From NCBI GenBank assembly GCA_963545205.1, contig CAUUHW010000002.1, positions 220,409 to 284,408 of the forward strand: a stretch of DNA of 64,000 nt, written 5' to 3'. Under the pieces are notes generated by a model. The model ran no database searches, was not told the origin of the DNA, and was given only the letters and a program-made list of their open reading frames with translations. Of this stretch, positions 10,395 through 18,816 are shown in pieces. Origin of the DNA: an uncultured Desulfovibrionales bacterium (lineage in GTDB: Bacteria; Desulfobacterota; Desulfovibrionia; Desulfovibrionales; Desulfomicrobiaceae). The position numbers were made by a program, and so were the translations under genes. Numbering within the stretch: the stretch's first letter is position 1; each line of letters begins with the position of its first letter.

Positions 10395-11102
10395 CTAGAG
10401 CCAGTCAAACCACTGCCGCCAGCTCCCTTTTTCCTTCTCCTCTGCCAAACGGGATTGCTGTTCAATATCACGCAAATAGGCCACCTGTGCCCGTTCACGG
10501 GCATAAGTCGCTATTTCAGGAAAATCGTCAAAAGCGGAGGCCAGGGCCTGATAACGGCTCCAGGCGGCTTTATACTGGCTTCTGCGCCAATAAAAATCAG
10601 CGACAAAAATCTCATGCCTGGCCTGATGTTCCCGACATTTACGCACATAAGTCCGTGCTCTTTGCGCGTAGGGGGAATCAGGGTATGACTCCTCTACGCG
10701 GTGAAAATACTCCAGCGCCTCGGCCATATGCTCCTGAGGCAGATCAATCGTCACAAGCTGGTTAAAGTTTGCCAGACCGGTCTGAAAAAGCACGTACGCC
10801 ATGTTCTCGTCCCGTGGGTGAAGCGAGGCAAATTCCTTATACGCTTCCGTAGCCATAGCGTATTTTTTGCCCAGGAAATAGGCATCCGCCAGACTGAGTT
10901 CGGCGCTGACGGTATACGGACTGAAAGGAAAACGGTCTTTCAGTTTTTCATACAATTTCACGGCCTTATCATATTTTCCGGACTGCATGGCTTCATAGCC
11001 GGCTTCAGACAATTCGCGGGGCGTATCAAGCGATTGCGAAGCAAATCCGCAGCCGCTGGCCAATAACGCAAGAAAAAGTAAGGGATAAAAAAATCTATTC
11101 AT
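10395..11102 (-). CDS. bamD: outer-membrane protein assembly factor BamD (TPR lipoprotein)
   Basis: Lipobox LLASGCG, TPR-like repeats (YEAMQSGKYDKAVKLYEKL..., ADAYFLGKKYAMATEAYKEF...). Size 235 aa. Confidence 0.8.
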   Translation of the reverse strand: MNRFFYPLLFLALLASGCGFASQSLDTPRELSEAGYEAMQSGKYDKAVKLYEKLKDRFPFSPYTVSAELSLADAYFLGKKYAMATEAYKEFASLHPRDENMAYVLFQTGLANFNQLVTIDLPQEHMAEALEYFHRVEESYPDSPYAQRARTYVRKCREHQARHEIFVADFYWRRSQYKAAWSRYQALASAFDDFPEIATYARERAQVAYLRDIEQQSRLAEEKEKGSWRQWFDWL

Positions 11103-11120
11103 ATTAATCCAAAAAGGCGC

Positions 11121-11437
11121 TCACGCTGTGAGCGGCAACAGCTCCATCGCCAACAGCGCCGGCAATCTGCCGGCAGGACTTTGCCCGGCAGTCTCCACAA
11201 ACCAGTACATATCACAGGAAAACCCGTCCGGTTGACGCTCAAAAAATTCAGCCAGCCTGTATCCTTTGATACCGTCAGGAAAACCAGGAGAATTCTCCAC
11301 CTCTTCGGTCATCAGAACCTGCCCGCCAGCAGCCATCATTTCAACCCAGGCAACCGACAGACCGGACCGGAGCAGAATAGAGCAGTCATCATACCAGCCG
11401 GGCCGCCTCCGACAACAATCGCCTGATACGGACTCAT
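11121..11437 (-). pseudogene. trxB: thioredoxin reductase (trxB) remnant, frameshifted and truncated after about 105 codons
   Basis: ATG at 11437 directly abuts the trxA stop (TAG ATG). Frame 1 reads [23 protein letters not shown], then stops. A second frame continues RSGLSVAWVEMMAAGGQVLMTEEVENSPGFPDGIKGYRLAEFFERQ (TrxR FAD-domain motifs) and ends at 11121. bamD starts 19 nt later, so the NADPH domain and CxxC site are absent. Confidence 0.75.
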
Positions 11438-11755
11438 CTACAGAGCCTTGGCCAGCATCTGCTTCAGGTTGCTTTTGGCGACAGCGCCCGTGACCTGCTC
11501 AATCACTTCTCCCTTGTTGAACAGGATGAGCGTGGGAATCGCCCGGATAGAATATTTTCCGGCAGTGGCCGGATTTTCATCCACATTTATTTTTACAATT
11601 TTAACCTGGCCGGCAAATTCCTCACTCAATTCATCAAGCACAGGAGCAATCGCCCGGCACGGGCCGCACCAGGGAGCCCAGAAATCGACCAGAACCGGAA
11701 GTTCACTTTGCAAGATATCATTTTCAAAACTCTTGTCGCTGACCTGCGTTGCCAT
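11438..11755 (-). CDS. trxA: thioredoxin
   Basis: [13 protein letters not shown] active site. 105 aa from ATG 11755 ([10 protein letters not shown]). Confidence 0.95.
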   Translation of the reverse strand: MATQVSDKSFENDILQSELPVLVDFWAPWCGPCRAIAPVLDELSEEFAGQVKIVKINVDENPATAGKYSIRAIPTLILFNKGEVIEQVTGAVAKSNLKQMLAKAL

Positions 11756-11965
11756 AACAATCTCCTTTTGTATGGGATGGTTTTTAATTGGAAGCCTATC
11801 AATATGATTCACAAAGACAACCTGTCAAGCCTGTTTCTGCAGCCAAAACTGTTCTCCCCAAACCGGCCCCGCCCCCGGCCAGCAGCACACTTGTCTATCA
11901 GCGCGATCTGGCATAGACAGAACCAGTATCAGAATATATTGGCCACAACTGACAAGGACGGCGTT

Positions 11966-12832
11966 ATGAAAGGCATTATCCTGGCAGGCGGTTCAGGCAC
12001 CCGCTTGTATCCGCTCACACTGAGCACCAGTAAACAACTGCTTCCGGTGTATGACAAACCCATGATCTACTATCCGCTTTCAGTCCTGATGCTGGCCGGG
12101 ATTCGTGATATTCTGGTCATTTCCACACCGCGTGACCTGCCCGCCTTTGAATACCTGCTTGGCAGCGGCTCAAGCCTTGGACTGACCATTTCCTATGCTG
12201 TCCAGGCCGAACCCAAAGGTCTGGCCCAGGCCCTGACCATCGGACGCGACTTTCTGGCCGGTCAGAAATGCGCTCTGGTGCTGGGCGACAATATCCTCTA
12301 CGGACAGGGGCTGTCCGGCATTCTGGAACGCTGCGCCGCGCTTGACCAGGGCGCAATTATTTTCGGCTACCTGGTGCGCAATCCCAACCGCTATGGAGTG
12401 GTCAATTTTGACGCTGACAAACGGGTCGTTGGTATTGAAGAAAAACCTGAACAGCCGAAATCACGCTATGCCGTACCGGGCGTGTATTTTTACGACGAAC
12501 AGGCTCCCGCGCTGGCAGCCGGACTTACGCCCTCCCCCAGAGGAGAACTTGAAATCACGGATCTGAACCTGGCCTACCTGCGACAAAAACAGCTGCGGGT
12601 TGAAGTGCTTGGACGTGGCGTGGCCTGGCTGGACGCCGGCACCCACGAATCCCTGCACCAGGCAGGAGCCTTTGTTCAGGCCATTCAGGAACGGCAGGGG
12701 TTCAAAATAGGTTGCGTGGAAGAAATCGCTTACCAGAAAGGATTTATTCACCAAAAAGACCTGCTGAGTCTCGCCGGGGCCTATAAAAATGATTATGGCC
12801 GCTATCTGGAACAGGTCGCTCTTGAGCAGTAA
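11966..12832 (+). CDS. rfbA: glucose-1-phosphate thymidylyltransferase
   Basis: [39 protein letters not shown] is the RmlA N-terminus. ATG 11966 is in frame with the longer track ORF, whose first 86 codons are antisense to trxA. Confidence 0.95.
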   Translation: MKGIILAGGSGTRLYPLTLSTSKQLLPVYDKPMIYYPLSVLMLAGIRDILVISTPRDLPAFEYLLGSGSSLGLTISYAVQAEPKGLAQALTIGRDFLAGQKCALVLGDNILYGQGLSGILERCAALDQGAIIFGYLVRNPNRYGVVNFDADKRVVGIEEKPEQPKSRYAVPGVYFYDEQAPALAAGLTPSPRGELEITDLNLAYLRQKQLRVEVLGRGVAWLDAGTHESLHQAGAFVQAIQERQGFKIGCVEEIAYQKGFIHQKDLLSLAGAYKNDYGRYLEQVALEQ

Positions 12833-12966
12833 GCCCCGGGCCCTGACGGGCCTGCGCTGCCACAGACTGCTTGCACGATTTTTTACTTTCCAGCTTGCTT
12901 TTTCACGCAACGCAGTATATTTTTTAGCGAACTTTTTTCCCATACAATCTTTTTCAGGAGAAAGAC

Positions 12967-13395
12967 ATGGCTCTTGCGCAGGAAGAATTTCAACAGATTG
13001 AAACTTTTCTCTATGAAAACCTGCCCCGTATTTTCGCGGAGCACAATATCATCTCTCCGTCCTCTCCCTATGAAGTAGAGATGCGGGAACGGATTGTCAG
13101 GGTGGAAGAAGAACTGAAAAATCAGCGGGAACTGATGAAAGAGCAGTTCAAGCTGACCGAGAAGCGCTTTGAGCAGATAGAAAAACGCTTCGAGCAGATA
13201 GAGAAACGGTTCGAGCAGGTGGACAAACGCTTTGAGCAGATAGAGAAGCGATTCGAACAGATAGACAAGCGCTTTGAGCAGGTGGACAAGCGGTTCGAGG
13301 AGATGAACTCCAGGTTCAACATGATGTTTTCATTCATATCCCTCGGTTTTACCCTGCTGGCCGCAATGATGACTGTGTTCAAATTTTTGAATTGA
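12967..13395 (+). CDS. tail-anchored coiled-coil protein with KRFEQI(E/D) heptad repeats
   Basis: EKRFEQIEKRFEQIEKRFEQVDKRFEQIEKRFEQIDKRFEQVDKRFEEMNSRF is followed by a C-terminal hydrophobic helix, FSFISLGFTLLAAMMTVFKFL. Confidence 0.7.
   Translation: MALAQEEFQQIETFLYENLPRIFAEHNIISPSSPYEVEMRERIVRVEEELKNQRELMKEQFKLTEKRFEQIEKRFEQIEKRFEQVDKRFEQIEKRFEQIDKRFEQVDKRFEEMNSRFNMMFSFISLGFTLLAAMMTVFKFLN
13159..13305 (+). repeat. 7 tandem copies of a 21-bp coding unit
   Basis: The units GAGAAGCGCTTTGAGCAGATA / GAAAAACGCTTCGAGCAGATA / GAGAAACGGTTCGAGCAGGTG ... differ mostly at synonymous positions. Confidence 0.9.
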
Positions 13396-13434
13396 TTCGG
13401 CCGGCAACTGGCCTGCCCCCCTGCGCGCGTCAAT

Positions 13435-14580
13435 TTACTGTAATTTTTTCCAGGGCAGGGCAAAGGCACAGGGCATGGCCAGAAATGACAGGCACGCGCT
13501 GATTAAAAAGGCCTTTTGAAAACCAACCATGTCCGCCATCCAGCCCATAAGCAGCAGGACCAGCGCGGTAATCACAAAATTGAGCCCCATATAAATTCCA
13601 TTGGCCGCGCCGCGATGACCACCAGAAAATTCCTGGGTCAAAGCCATGAGCACCGGCGTACAGGAAAAGGTGAGCAGGCCCAGCAGAACCAGCAGCAGCG
13701 CGCTGGTGAGTCCTGAGCTGAATACAAACAGCAGCAATAAAAACGGACTGACAGCCAGACTGAGCAGCAAAACAGGTTTGCGGCCCAAACGGTCACTGGA
13801 AGAACCGCCCAGAAAGGTACCAACCGTACCGGCCAGCTCAAGCAGGGTTAAGGCCGCTCCGCCCATAAAAATCGTACTGCCCTGACCAACCATGTACACA
13901 GGCAGATAATTGCTCAGACTGTTCAGGATAAAGGCCCTGGCCAGAAGTAACCCGGCCAGCGGCACGACAACCGGCCGCAAAGCCGTCCAGGCAGCCTGCC
14001 ACGATTTTTCCCTGGCCTCGGAAAGTGTTGTCATGCCCGCGCTGAAACGAAACAGTAAAAAAGTGGCAATCAGGGCCAGCAGTGCCAGGGGCCAAAGAGA
14101 GCGCACACCAAAAAGGGCAATCCCCCCCACACAGAGCAACGGCCCTAGACTGCGGGCAATTTCTCCGGCCATCATCCACACACTCATGCCCCGCCCCAGT
14201 TTTTCACCCGCAACACGGGCAACAAGTACCGGCCCGCTCACGTGCAAAACAGCGGAGCTGATTCCGGCCAGAAACATAAGGCAGCAGAGCCAGAAATATC
14301 CGGGAGCGGCCCCCAGCAGGGTCATGCAACACGCTGTTGCCAACGGACAAAACACAAACAGCGGACACAGATTTAATCTGTCCGTGTACAGGCCCATAAA
14401 CGGATTGGCCAGAGACGGCAGCCGAAAAACAACAGTTAAAAACCCGGCCAGGGTCATGGAAAGTGACAGGTTATCAACAAGCAAAGGGAGCAGGGGCGGC
14501 AAAAACGCCGAATACAGGTCATGGGTGAAATGGCCGCAGGAAAGAGTGATGACCTTTGTTGTTTGAAATGAACGAGACAT
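13435..14580 (-). CDS. MFS transporter
   Basis: About 12 hydrophobic segments and a DRLGRKPVL loop motif. ATG 14580 is preceded by GGAGA. The track ORF starts at GTG 14595. Confidence 0.8.
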   Translation of the reverse strand: MSRSFQTTKVITLSCGHFTHDLYSAFLPPLLPLLVDNLSLSMTLAGFLTVVFRLPSLANPFMGLYTDRLNLCPLFVFCPLATACCMTLLGAAPGYFWLCCLMFLAGISSAVLHVSGPVLVARVAGEKLGRGMSVWMMAGEIARSLGPLLCVGGIALFGVRSLWPLALLALIATFLLFRFSAGMTTLSEAREKSWQAAWTALRPVVVPLAGLLLARAFILNSLSNYLPVYMVGQGSTIFMGGAALTLLELAGTVGTFLGGSSSDRLGRKPVLLLSLAVSPFLLLLFVFSSGLTSALLLVLLGLLTFSCTPVLMALTQEFSGGHRGAANGIYMGLNFVITALVLLLMGWMADMVGFQKAFLISACLSFLAMPCAFALPWKKLQ

Positions 14581-14613
14581 ATGTTTCTCCGTCACACAGC
14601 CATATCTGAGAAG

Positions 14614-15447
14614 TTACGAACGGGAAAATTTTTTCACCTGACAATTCGCGCAGAAAGTAGAGGTACGGCCGGCAATTTTCATGGTTTCCAGAGCCCGGGA
14701 ACAACAGGGGCAGGGTTGGCCTTTTTTGCCATAGACCTGAAACTCGTTTTGAAAGGCTCCCGGCTCTCCTGCTGCGTTGCGATAATCCCGGACAGAACTC
14801 CCCCCAAGCAAAATCGCCTTTTGCAATACTGCCCGCAAGGCCGCGTGCAGATGCTGGTATCTGGCCTCGCTCACATCACAGGCCAGACAGGCCGGATGAA
14901 TTCCAGCCATGAACAGGGATTCATCAGCATAGATATTCCCGATTCCGGCCAGGCAGTGCTGGTCAAGCAGCAGGGATTTGATGGCCGCCCTGCGACGGGA
15001 AAAAATCTTCGTAAAATCCCTGTTACCTATTTCCAGAGGTTCCGGCCCGAGCATGGCAAAAAAATCCCACTGACGCAGACCTTCGGGGCTAAAGATAATG
15101 GAATAACCAAATCGGCGTTGATCCTGAAAAAAGAGCTGATTGCCGTCATCAAGAAAAAAGCTGATATGCGTGTGCGCGTCCGGTTCAGTTTCAGCAGTCG
15201 CAATCCAGACCCGGCCTGTCATCTTAAGGTGAAAAACCAGATGCAGCTGTTCATCCAGATCAAAAATAAGCAGTTTGCCCCGCCGCCAGATATTGGTCAC
15301 GGTTTTTCCCAGGATTCCGGCTTGATACCGGACAGGGTCGCCGCTGATGATTTCAGGCGTGAGGATAAACAGATCAACAATCCGCCGGCCTCTCAGGCCC
15401 TGGCGCAAACCACGGGCAATGGTTTCTACTTCAGGCAGTTCAGGCAT
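14614..15447 (-). CDS. mutM: formamidopyrimidine-DNA glycosylase
   Basis: N-terminal MPELPEVE. C-terminal zinc finger CPCCS...CANCQ. Confidence 0.95.
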   Translation of the reverse strand: MPELPEVETIARGLRQGLRGRRIVDLFILTPEIISGDPVRYQAGILGKTVTNIWRRGKLLIFDLDEQLHLVFHLKMTGRVWIATAETEPDAHTHISFFLDDGNQLFFQDQRRFGYSIIFSPEGLRQWDFFAMLGPEPLEIGNRDFTKIFSRRRAAIKSLLLDQHCLAGIGNIYADESLFMAGIHPACLACDVSEARYQHLHAALRAVLQKAILLGGSSVRDYRNAAGEPGAFQNEFQVYGKKGQPCPCCSRALETMKIAGRTSTFCANCQVKKFSRS

Positions 15448-15462
15448 ATATTTTCCCGCCTG

Positions 15463-16356
15463 TCACTTCTCCGCCTGCAAAGGCAGCGAATCTTCCACTG
15501 GACACAAAAAAAAGATTACTGTTGCACCGGGATTAAAATTATCCTGCCGGAACTGATGCAGTTCAGCCATTTTCCGTATGGGAGTAAAGCGAAGAATAGC
15601 GGCTGACTGCTGTAAACAGCGCAAACGGTACTCAATGCCCCAGCCATTTTCCACATGTCCGCTGCCCGCCAGAAGAAGAACAGGGCCATCTTTCCTGGCC
15701 CGCGCGGCGTTCCAGGCCATGACTGAGTCCCACAATGCCTGAGTTTTCAAAAACCGGTTTTCATCAACTCGTTGCCCCAGCATGGCCTTGTGACTGGTGA
15801 AAAACTCCAGCAGCCATTCTTTTTGTCGGGAACAGGCTGGTACAAAAGGAAAATCCACCTGTTCCCCGCCCATGGCCATGCGCCGAATCCGCTCACGGGG
15901 CAGGTTCAGCGGACAAAGCGGCAAACCAGCGGCCCGCACGGCCGCAAACACCGGACGATAAAGAGCAAAAGCGTGTCCCCAGCGTTTTTTCCAGTTAAGA
16001 GCCTCTTCTAAATCATCCACTCCGATTCTTCCCTGAAAAAAAGCATCCAGAACAGGCTGCTGCTCGCCCAGAAGCATTTCCATGCCCACAATAAGATCCG
16101 GTCGTTCCTGACCAGCCAGGCTGACGATACGGGCCTGTACGGCATGATCACAGGCACTGCGATGATTTTCGCCAACCAGGATAAAATCAGCCCCGCGAAA
16201 AAGGGGCAGCAGGTCAGCCTCAGACATGGGCTTTCCCGCCAGGGAATAAAAACGGGGCGCGCTTTTATCCGGCAGTGGAACCTGTTTTTGACAAGCGCAG
16301 AGACTGACAAGCAAAAAACAGCAGGCCCCAAATCCCGCAAGCCGGGCTAATCCCAT
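15463..16356 (-). CDS. ChaN-family (haem-binding/Tiki-like) lipoprotein
   Basis: Lipobox LVSLCAC, and a FILVGENHRSACDH motif typical of the ChaN/DUF399 family. Confidence 0.6.
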   Translation of the reverse strand: MGLARLAGFGACCFLLVSLCACQKQVPLPDKSAPRFYSLAGKPMSEADLLPLFRGADFILVGENHRSACDHAVQARIVSLAGQERPDLIVGMEMLLGEQQPVLDAFFQGRIGVDDLEEALNWKKRWGHAFALYRPVFAAVRAAGLPLCPLNLPRERIRRMAMGGEQVDFPFVPACSRQKEWLLEFFTSHKAMLGQRVDENRFLKTQALWDSVMAWNAARARKDGPVLLLAGSGHVENGWGIEYRLRCLQQSAAILRFTPIRKMAELHQFRQDNFNPGATVIFFLCPVEDSLPLQAEK

Positions 16357-17612
16357 GTCCGCTTGTCCTCAATTGATTTAATCTTGAGCGGAAGCGTTCC
16401 CGGAGCCAGAATCCTGATAATCGGCCGGATTTTGATTTTTTCCCGGAACTCATGCTTGATCTCTTCTTCCCGCTTAAAAGAGCTGGCTTCCAGAAACAGC
16501 GTCATTTCATCAATACCGCCGGGATTGGTGACCTCAATCTGCCAGCGTTTGATTTCTTCGTATCCGGCAATAAGCTGTTCCACCTGATGCGGATAAACAA
16601 ACATGCCCTTGATGCGCGCCGTGGTATCCACCCGGCCGACAATATTGCCCAGACGGGGGGAAGTGCGGCCACAGGCACAGAGAGTACGCTGGATATAGCC
16701 CAGATCACCGGTTGCCAGCCGAATAAGCGGATAGGTCTTGTTAAAAGAGGTAATGACGATTTCCCCGACATCACCGTCTTTGAGCGGGATTCCGGTATCC
16801 GGGTGGCAGATTTCCACATACACGCGGTTGCCGATATGCAGGCCGCTTTTATGAAAACATTCGTATCCGATACAGCCGACATCCGCTGTGCCGTATCCCT
16901 GCCGTAAAATAAGATCAAACTTCTTTTCCAGTGTGGAGCGCATCTTTTCGGAAAACTTTTCTCCGGTAACAAAAGCGACTTCCAGATACAGGTCCTTGCG
17001 CAGATTCAGTCCGCGCTCTTCCGCTTTCTGGGCCAGATGCATAAGATAGCTGGGCGTTCCGACATAACCTGTCACCCGCAGTTTTTGCATAATATCAAGC
17101 TGGGTGTTTGTATTTCCGGGGCCAGCCGGCATAACCGAACAGTTCAGGTTGCGCAGGGGCTCTTCAAACATCAGTCCGGCCGGGGTCATGTGGTAATTAA
17201 AGGTAATCTGGGTGATATCACCGGGACGAAATCCAACCGCGTAAAAGCCCTCTGTCCACCCCCAGTAATCATTTTCACGGTCTTCCGGGTCAAAAATCGG
17301 GCCGGGAGAAAGAAAAATCCGTTTCAGTTCACCAAGATCCTTGGTCAACAGTCCCCCCAGACGAGGCCCCATTGACTGCAAAAAGATAAGTTCCTTTTTT
17401 TTCAGGATTGGAATATGTTTCAAATCGGATAATTTTTTGAAATTATCCAGAGAAAACTGGGCGCGGTCAAAACGCTTTTTTACGTCTTCAGAGTACCGGT
17501 ACGCATAACTCAAAAGCTCTTTCAACTGAATCTGATAAAATTTGGCGCGTTCAGATTCGTCCAACACTTCACGCCGACTGTAAATTCCTTCGGTTCGGTC
17601 TTTGCGGGTCAT
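16347..17612 (-). CDS. phenylacetate-CoA ligase / coenzyme F390 synthetase-family adenylating enzyme
   Basis: The length and motifs (YVGTPSYLMHLA, GYGTADVG, ...GDLG...CGRTSPRL) fit the PaaK-like ANL subfamily. Confidence 0.75.
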   Translation of the reverse strand: MTRKDRTEGIYSRREVLDESERAKFYQIQLKELLSYAYRYSEDVKKRFDRAQFSLDNFKKLSDLKHIPILKKKELIFLQSMGPRLGGLLTKDLGELKRIFLSPGPIFDPEDRENDYWGWTEGFYAVGFRPGDITQITFNYHMTPAGLMFEEPLRNLNCSVMPAGPGNTNTQLDIMQKLRVTGYVGTPSYLMHLAQKAEERGLNLRKDLYLEVAFVTGEKFSEKMRSTLEKKFDLILRQGYGTADVGCIGYECFHKSGLHIGNRVYVEICHPDTGIPLKDGDVGEIVITSFNKTYPLIRLATGDLGYIQRTLCACGRTSPRLGNIVGRVDTTARIKGMFVYPHQVEQLIAGYEEIKRWQIEVTNPGGIDEMTLFLEASSFKREEEIKHEFREKIKIRPIIRILAPGTLPLKIKSIEDKRTWD

Positions 17613-17781
17613 ATTCTCTCCTGCCAGCTGCTTGTCACATATCTAAAAGACCGCCCTGTAAACCGGGCGATTTTACAAGACTTAAAAAGGTGAGGATATG
17701 GAAATTTTTCCAAAATGGCAACACATCTGACTTTGACAATATGACAAAAAACAAGTTGCGCGCAAGAAAATATGAAGCTAT

Positions 17782-18798
17782 ATGCTACTGAAAATTACCT
17801 GTGTAAAGTCAAAGGATATGGACAATTTTTTTCAAGCATATAAGGACCACATCACCCAGGTGGGGGTGTTCAGCCCTCATGATATGCCGGTTCAGGGATA
17901 CCTTACCGGCCTGCGCATGGAAGTTGCCCCTCAAAAAGGGCATGGCTGGGCAGAAATGCTACGCCTTGACAGTGGACTGGGCGTTGGTCTCTGCAATTAT
18001 CGCCTGAAAAGCATGCTGAAAGGAACCCTCCCTCATTTGCGGCTCCCCTTCCACTTCAATATGCTGTTGTCCGGTTCCTTTTATTTTCAAGTCGGCTCTC
18101 AACACCCTCAAATCATCACACCAGGCGGTGTCTGGTGTTCCCGTGGTCTGTACGAAAATGTTTCTTTCTCCCATCCTGGCGATACGAAACTGTGCGGGAT
18201 TTCCTTTCTGCTGCCGGACAATCTGATTGAACACTGGCTGGGAACAGCCTGTTGCCGAAGCCACAGTCTGGAAATATTGGCCCCCAAAAAAAACGGAACC
18301 TTCTTTCCCTTTACCCGGGCTCCAATAAAATTAAACCAGATACTGCGCACTGCTCATGAACTGTTTCATACAGAACGTCTGAGTATCTGCGGGAAACTGG
18401 ATTTTGAATCCCTGTGTTTGAAACTCCTGTCCCTGATACTTTCCCAGCCTGACAGCCAGGACAGTTCCTGCAGGTCGCAAAAGATAAAAAGGGCGGTAGA
18501 CCAGGCGGTTGATATTTTGCAGCAGGAATGGAGCGCGCCGCCAACCATTTCCAGCCTGGCTCAACGGGTAGGCACAAACGAATGTTATCTGAAAAGCGAA
18601 TTTCGCGGGCAGCTGGGCCTGTCTATCGGAGAATATGTACGCCAGCAGCGTATGGCCAGGGCACTTGAATGTATCGAGTCAGGCAACACCATTCTGGAGA
18701 CCGCCCTGTATGTCGGATATTCCAACCCCAGCCATTTTACCTCGGCCTTCAAAAAATTTTACGGGCATACCCCTTCGTATTACGCCGCCCGGCCCTAG
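17782..18798 (+). CDS. AraC-family transcriptional regulator
   Basis: C-terminal double HTH: ...ISSLAQRVGTNECYLKSEFR...ILETALYVGYSNPSHFTSAFKKFYGHTPSYY. Confidence 0.85.
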   Translation: MLLKITCVKSKDMDNFFQAYKDHITQVGVFSPHDMPVQGYLTGLRMEVAPQKGHGWAEMLRLDSGLGVGLCNYRLKSMLKGTLPHLRLPFHFNMLLSGSFYFQVGSQHPQIITPGGVWCSRGLYENVSFSHPGDTKLCGISFLLPDNLIEHWLGTACCRSHSLEILAPKKNGTFFPFTRAPIKLNQILRTAHELFHTERLSICGKLDFESLCLKLLSLILSQPDSQDSSCRSQKIKRAVDQAVDILQQEWSAPPTISSLAQRVGTNECYLKSEFRGQLGLSIGEYVRQQRMARALECIESGNTILETALYVGYSNPSHFTSAFKKFYGHTPSYYAARP

Positions 18799-18816
18799 AA
18801 AACAAAAAAATGCTTA

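Noticed and set aside
10423-10431. CCAGCTCCC, shared between the CRISPR spacer and the bamD 3' region, considered as a possible self-targeting site.
   Set aside because: The match is only 9 nt and internal to the spacer, with no PAM-proximal seed match. It is consistent with chance in 64 kb.
11708-11965. 86-codon N-terminal extension of the rfbA ORF in the six-frame track.
   Set aside because: The extension is antisense to trxA and its upstream region. RmlA homologues begin at MKGIILAGG, which here is ATG 11966.
13159-13305. A regular 21-bp periodic repeat that could be mistaken for a CRISPR- or satellite-like array.
   Set aside because: The units are contiguous with no spacers, lie in a single open reading frame and encode a heptad coiled coil. 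This is a coding tandem repeat, not a CRISPR.
17720-17745. TGGCAACACATCTGAC, upstream of the AraC gene, considered as a sigma54 (-24/-12) promoter.
   Set aside because: The -12 element (TTGC at the correct 5-nt spacing after GG-N) is absent. Only the TGGCA half matches.
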